From Rhizobium sp. Q54 (lineage in GTDB: Bacteria > Pseudomonadota > Alphaproteobacteria > Rhizobiales > Aestuariivirgaceae): a DNA stretch of 64,000 bases. The position numbers and the translations under genes were made by a program. The stretch is taken from contig CAMDBX010000002.1 of the NCBI GenBank assembly GCA_945889445.1, positions 2,041 through 66,040 of the forward strand. The letters are read 5' to 3'. How positions within the stretch are numbered: the first letter of the stretch is position 1; the number at the start of each line of letters is the position of its first letter. Shown here in pieces: positions 60,137-64,000 of the stretch. The notes under the pieces are model-generated. The model was not told the DNA's origin and did no database searches. It was given only the letters and a program-made list of their open reading frames with translations.

Positions 60137-61216
60137 TTACGACGCGCGGATGCGCGTCCAGATTTCGTCGCGTTGCTTGATGGCCTCTTCGCCGAGATAG
60201 AGGTTCGGCTCGCACTTGGCCAGCACATCGGCTGGCGGGAAGATCACCGGGCTGTCCTTGTATTCAGCCGGCATCAGCTCCTTGGCTGCCTTGTTGGTGG
60301 TGGCATACTGGATGGTCTCGGCGATGCCGGCACCTTCCTTGGCGTCGAGGATGAAGTTCAGGAACGCCATGGCGTTCTCCGGGTGCGGAGCACCCTTCGG
60401 AATGGCCAGCGTGTCCTGCCAGACGAGCGAACCTTCCTTCGGCACGATGTATGCGAGGTCTTCGTCCTCGGTCATCACCTGCTTGATGTCGCCGTTCCAC
60501 TCCTGGCACAGCTTCACTTCGCCCGAGGCGAGAAGATCCTGGCCGTTGTCGGGCGCGAAGACCTTGATGTTCTTCTTCTGCTTGATCAACAGATCCTCAA
60601 CCTTCTTGAGCTCGTCCGCATTGGTCGAGTTCCACGAGAAGCCGAGATACTTGAGGCCGGCACCGAGAACGTTGGACTGGTCGCCCAGGAGCGAGATGGC
60701 GCCCGCATACTCATCCGAGTCCAGCAGCACCTTCCAGCTGTCGGGCGTGGCGCTGACGGCCGACTTGCGGAAGCCGATGCCCACCGTGCCCCACATGTAG
60801 GGGATCGAGTACTTGCGGCCCGGGTCGAAGGTTGCGTCCTGGAACAGCGGGTCGATGTTGGCCATGTTCGGGATCTTCGAATGGTCGAGCGGAATCACCA
60901 TGTCGGCCTTGATCATGCGCTCGAGATAGTCGTTGGTCGGCACGATCACGTCATAACCGGGGTTGCCGCCCTTGAGCTTGGCGAAAAGCTCGTCGTTGTC
61001 GGCATAGAGATCCATCTTCACTTCGATGCCGGTGGCGTCGGTGAATTCTGCGAGCGTGTTCTCGCCGATGTAGGTGTCCCAGTTGTAGAAGTTCAGCTTC
61101 TTCTCTTCTTCTGCCATCGAAAAGCGCGGCATGAAGGTGAGGCCCGCGAACAGCGCGCCGGTACCCTTGAGGACCGAGCGGCGGTTGGGACGGAACCTAG
61201 GACGGAAAGTCGACAT
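60137..61216 (-). CDS. Spermidine/putrescine ABC transporter substrate-binding protein (PotD/PotF-like) with a Tat-type signal
   Basis: NRRSVLKG twin-arginine motif, LNFYNWDTYI, NDEL.AKL..G..GYD, PY.WGT.GI, WNGD, PKEG...W.D...IP. Confidence 0.92.
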   Translation of the reverse strand: MSTFRPRFRPNRRSVLKGTGALFAGLTFMPRFSMAEEEKKLNFYNWDTYIGENTLAEFTDATGIEVKMDLYADNDELFAKLKGGNPGYDVIVPTNDYLERMIKADMVIPLDHSKIPNMANIDPLFQDATFDPGRKYSIPYMWGTVGIGFRKSAVSATPDSWKVLLDSDEYAGAISLLGDQSNVLGAGLKYLGFSWNSTNADELKKVEDLLIKQKKNIKVFAPDNGQDLLASGEVKLCQEWNGDIKQVMTEDEDLAYIVPKEGSLVWQDTLAIPKGAPHPENAMAFLNFILDAKEGAGIAETIQYATTNKAAKELMPAEYKDSPVIFPPADVLAKCEPNLYLGEEAIKQRDEIWTRIRAS

Positions 61217-61350
61217 TCTCTCAATTCCTTTCACAAGTTCTGCACCGATCAATTTTGACCGCCGGCGCATAAGGCGGCCTCAAACTGGGAGGGGTTTTTA
61301 GGCCAGCCCCGCCCCCCGGCCAATAGGAAACTACTTAAGCTTTTGTAATC

Positions 61351-62736
61351 TCAAACGACTTCAGACTTTACCCGGGCGTAAGTCGCATCCAATGCCAGCC
61401 GTGCGAGGCGCACCAGCTCATCGATCTCCTTGCGGGTGATGACCAGGGGCGGCGCCAGCACCATGGTATCCCAGCAGGCACGCATGATGAGCCCATTCTT
61501 GAAGCAGTTGTCGCGGCACATCGTTCCCACGCGACCCGGGCTGGCGAAGCGGCTGCGCCTGGCCTTGTCGTTGGACAGTTCGATGGCGCCGATGAGGCCC
61601 ATCGACCGCGTCTCGCCGACGATCGGGTGGTCGCGCAGCGAGGCCAGCGCCTCGGCAAAATAGGGGCCGATCTCGCGGGTGTGCTCGACCAGCTTTTCCT
61701 GCTCGATGATCTCGATGTTCTTGAGCGCCACGGCGCAGGCCACCGGGTGGCCGGCATAGGTCATGCCATGGTAGAATTCGCCGCCCAGTTCGAAGAAGTC
61801 CTTGACCAGGTGGTCGGCAAAGGCAACCGCACCGATCGGCAGGTAGCCGGATGACAGGCCCTTGGCCATCGGCACGATGTCGGGCTCGAAGCCCATGGTC
61901 TCGAAGCCCCACCAGTTGCCGGTGCGCCCAAATCCGCAGATCACCTCGTCGGAAATGATCAGGATACCGTACTTGCGGCAGATCCTCTGCACCTCCGGCC
62001 AGTAGGTGGACGGCGGGATGAGCACGCCGCCCGCCCCCTGGATCGGCTCGCCGATGAAGGCGGCCACATTGTCGGGCCCGACTTCGAGGATCTTCGTTTC
62101 CAGCGCCGCGGCGGCCTCGAGGCCGAATTCCTCCGGCGTCTTGTCGCCGCCGAAATCGAACCAGTGCGGCTGCTGGATGTGGTGGAAGCCCGGGAACTCG
62201 GTGCCGACCTGGTCATGCATGCCCTGGAAGCCGCCGAGATTGGCCGCCACCATGGTGGAGCCATGATAGCCGCGGGTGCGGGCGATGAAGTGCTGGCGAT
62301 AGGGCTTGCCCTTCAGCTTCCAGTAATGGCGCACGAAGCGCACGATGGTGTCGTTGGATTCCGAGCCGGAGTTGGTGAAGAAGATGTGCTTGAAGCGCTC
62401 CGGCATCACCGACGAGATCTTGGCGGCAAGTTCGGTCGTCGGCACCGTCGTCGTCTTGAAGAAGGTATTGTAGTAGGGCAGGTCAAGCATCTGCTTGTAG
62501 GCCGCCTCGGCCAGTTCCTTGCGGCCATAGCCCACGTTCACGCACCACAGGCCGGACATGCCGTCCAGGAGCTTGTGGCCGTTACCATCCCAGATCCAGA
62601 TGCCGTCGGCCTGGGTCATGACCCGCGGGCCACCCTCGGCATGGAACGACTTGTGGTCGGTGAAGGGGTGGAAATGATGCGCGATGTCGTTGCGCACGAC
62701 TTCGGCGATATCGATGTTCTTGTTCAGAACGTTCAT
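61351..62736 (-). CDS. Class-III aminotransferase, putrescine-pyruvate aminotransferase-like (SpuC)
   Basis: H.HPFTD, DGMSGLWCVNVGYGR, LPYYN.FF, NSGSE.NDT, YHGST, GEPIQGAGG, DEVICGFGRTG, AKGLSSGYLP. Confidence 0.92.
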   Translation of the reverse strand: MNVLNKNIDIAEVVRNDIAHHFHPFTDHKSFHAEGGPRVMTQADGIWIWDGNGHKLLDGMSGLWCVNVGYGRKELAEAAYKQMLDLPYYNTFFKTTTVPTTELAAKISSVMPERFKHIFFTNSGSESNDTIVRFVRHYWKLKGKPYRQHFIARTRGYHGSTMVAANLGGFQGMHDQVGTEFPGFHHIQQPHWFDFGGDKTPEEFGLEAAAALETKILEVGPDNVAAFIGEPIQGAGGVLIPPSTYWPEVQRICRKYGILIISDEVICGFGRTGNWWGFETMGFEPDIVPMAKGLSSGYLPIGAVAFADHLVKDFFELGGEFYHGMTYAGHPVACAVALKNIEIIEQEKLVEHTREIGPYFAEALASLRDHPIVGETRSMGLIGAIELSNDKARRSRFASPGRVGTMCRDNCFKNGLIMRACWDTMVLAPPLVITRKEIDELVRLARLALDATYARVKSEVV

Positions 62737-63104
62737 GGCACTCTCCAAACTGCAAACGGAAACAACCCGCGCCGACAACGGCGGGGCACACGATCAGACT
62801 GAAGACGGGATGCTTACGGCTTGAATACGATGCGCGCGCAATGAAGCATGACCTCATCATACGCGGTCTTTGACCAGATGGGCAAAATTGCCCCGGATAT
62901 GGTCGCGTGGAAACACATGGCGCGCTTATGGCATTTCCCGCGCGGCTTCGCAAGAAACACGCTTTATTTGCTTTTTGGCGACTGCCGCCGCGCACAAGCC
63001 TGAAGCAGCTAAGCTAAAATCTGGGCAGCATAATTTGGATTGGCATGTTTTTCTTGCGCTGCCCGTTTTTCTGCCACCATACTGCGATGCAACAAGGGCG
63101 ACGG

Positions 63105-64000
63105 ATGACGGTGGTATTCAACGAGATGGATGGCGGCGGGGGTACTCCCCGTGAGCCCTATGCTCAGGTGGCAGACTGGCTCAAGACACTGTCCCGCGCC
63201 GATGTCGACCGCGCATTGAGGGAGGCGGAAGCGATCTTCCGCCGCCAGGGCATCACCTTCGCCGTCTATGGCGACGACGAGGCGGCCGAACGCCTCATCC
63301 CCTTCGACATCATCCCGCGCGTGTTCGCCGCTGCCGAGTGGCGCAAGCTGTCGGCCGGCATCGAGCAGCGCGTGCGGGCGCTGAACGCCTTCATCCACGA
63401 CCTTTATCACCGCCAGGACATCCTGCGCGCGGGCAAGATCCCGCATGAGTTCATCATCCAGAACGAGGCCTTCGTGCCGGAGATGGTGGGGGTGATGCCG
63501 GCCCGCGGCATCTATGCCCACATCATCGGCATCGACATCGTGCGCGTGGCGGCCAACGAGTTCTACGTGCTGGAAGACAATTGCCGCACGCCATCGGGTG
63601 TCTCCTACATGCTCGAGGACCGGGAGGCGATGATGTATCTCTTCCCCGAACTCTTCGCCCAACAGCGCGTGGCGCCCGTCGAGAACTACCCCGCCATGCT
63701 GCGCCAGACGCTGGAGAGCGTGGCGCCTGCCGGCTGCAACGGCGAACCCACCGTCGTCATCCTGACACCGGGCATCCACAACTCGGCCTTCTTCGAGCAC
63801 GCCTTCCTGGCGGACGAAATGGGCGTCGAGCTTTGCGAGGGCGGCGACCTGTTCGTTGATGGCGGCTATCTCTACATGCGCACCACCCAGGCGCCGAAGC
63901 GGGTGGACGTCGTCTACCGCCGGATTGACGACGCCTACCTCGATCCCCTCACCTTCCGGCATGACTCCGCGATCGGCGTTCCCGGCATCTTTGACGTTTA
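63105..64000 (+). CDS. Circularly permuted type 2 ATP-grasp protein (partial, runs off the window edge)
   Basis: Absent from the ORF track. Read from ATG at 63105: MTVVFNEM...FRRQGITFAVYG....ERLIPFDIIPR...QRVRALNAF..D.Y, VLEDN.RTPSGVSYMLE.R, LTPG.HNSAFFEH.FLA..MG, VDVVYRRIDD. Confidence 0.9.
   Translation, partial: MTVVFNEMDGGGGTPREPYAQVADWLKTLSRADVDRALREAEAIFRRQGITFAVYGDDEAAERLIPFDIIPRVFAAAEWRKLSAGIEQRVRALNAFIHDLYHRQDILRAGKIPHEFIIQNEAFVPEMVGVMPARGIYAHIIGIDIVRVAANEFYVLEDNCRTPSGVSYMLEDREAMMYLFPELFAQQRVAPVENYPAMLRQTLESVAPAGCNGEPTVVILTPGIHNSAFFEHAFLADEMGVELCEGGDLFVDGGYLYMRTTQAPKRVDVVYRRIDDAYLDPLTFRHDSAIGVPGIFDV

Noticed and set aside
63040..63057. Sigma-54 promoter TTGGCATG...TTGC upstream of the ATP-grasp gene
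   Set aside because: The GG to GC spacing is 12 nt, not the required 10
63009..63962. 317-aa minus-strand ORF
   Set aside because: Antisense to the circularly permuted ATP-grasp gene, which has clear motifs

Overview
High-GC (roughly mid-60s % by eye), gene-dense chromosomal segment of an alphaproteobacterium. Hyphomicrobiales-like is inferred from gene content, REP-type repeats and a SahR-like operator. No rRNA, tRNA, CRISPR array, transposase, integrase or phage genes were seen. Left to right: (1) polar amino-acid ABC transporter, YegD-like Hsp70/trhO, ppc, ABC-F ATPase, holC. (2) A ~17-kb corrinoid methyl-transfer island (10.5-27.2 kb) with three non-pyrrolysine MttB-family methyltransferases (one frameshifted), psuK-psuG sandwiched between two of them with overlapping start/stop codons, a CblC/QueG-like Fe-S protein, two homocysteine S-methyltransferases, a stand-alone corrinoid protein and DUF1638. 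(3) soeABC-like sulfite dehydrogenase with a divergent TauR-like regulator, plus ald and an Lrp regulator. (4) REP-like repeats, rpmF, mtgA, ispA, and ispG at the end of a zur-znuC-znuB run. (5) cupin-ackA, pta, citrate synthase, L,D-transpeptidase. (6) A polyamine uptake/catabolism cluster containing a fused kinase / class-III PLP (phospho-lyase-like) gene. (7) The start of a circularly permuted ATP-grasp gene. The best candidates for undescribed systems are the lysR-mttB-psuK-psuG-mttB operon (possible demethylation and catabolism of methylated pseudouridine) and the kinase/phospho-lyase fusion inside the polyamine ABC operon. All calls come from motif recognition by eye; no database searches were run.
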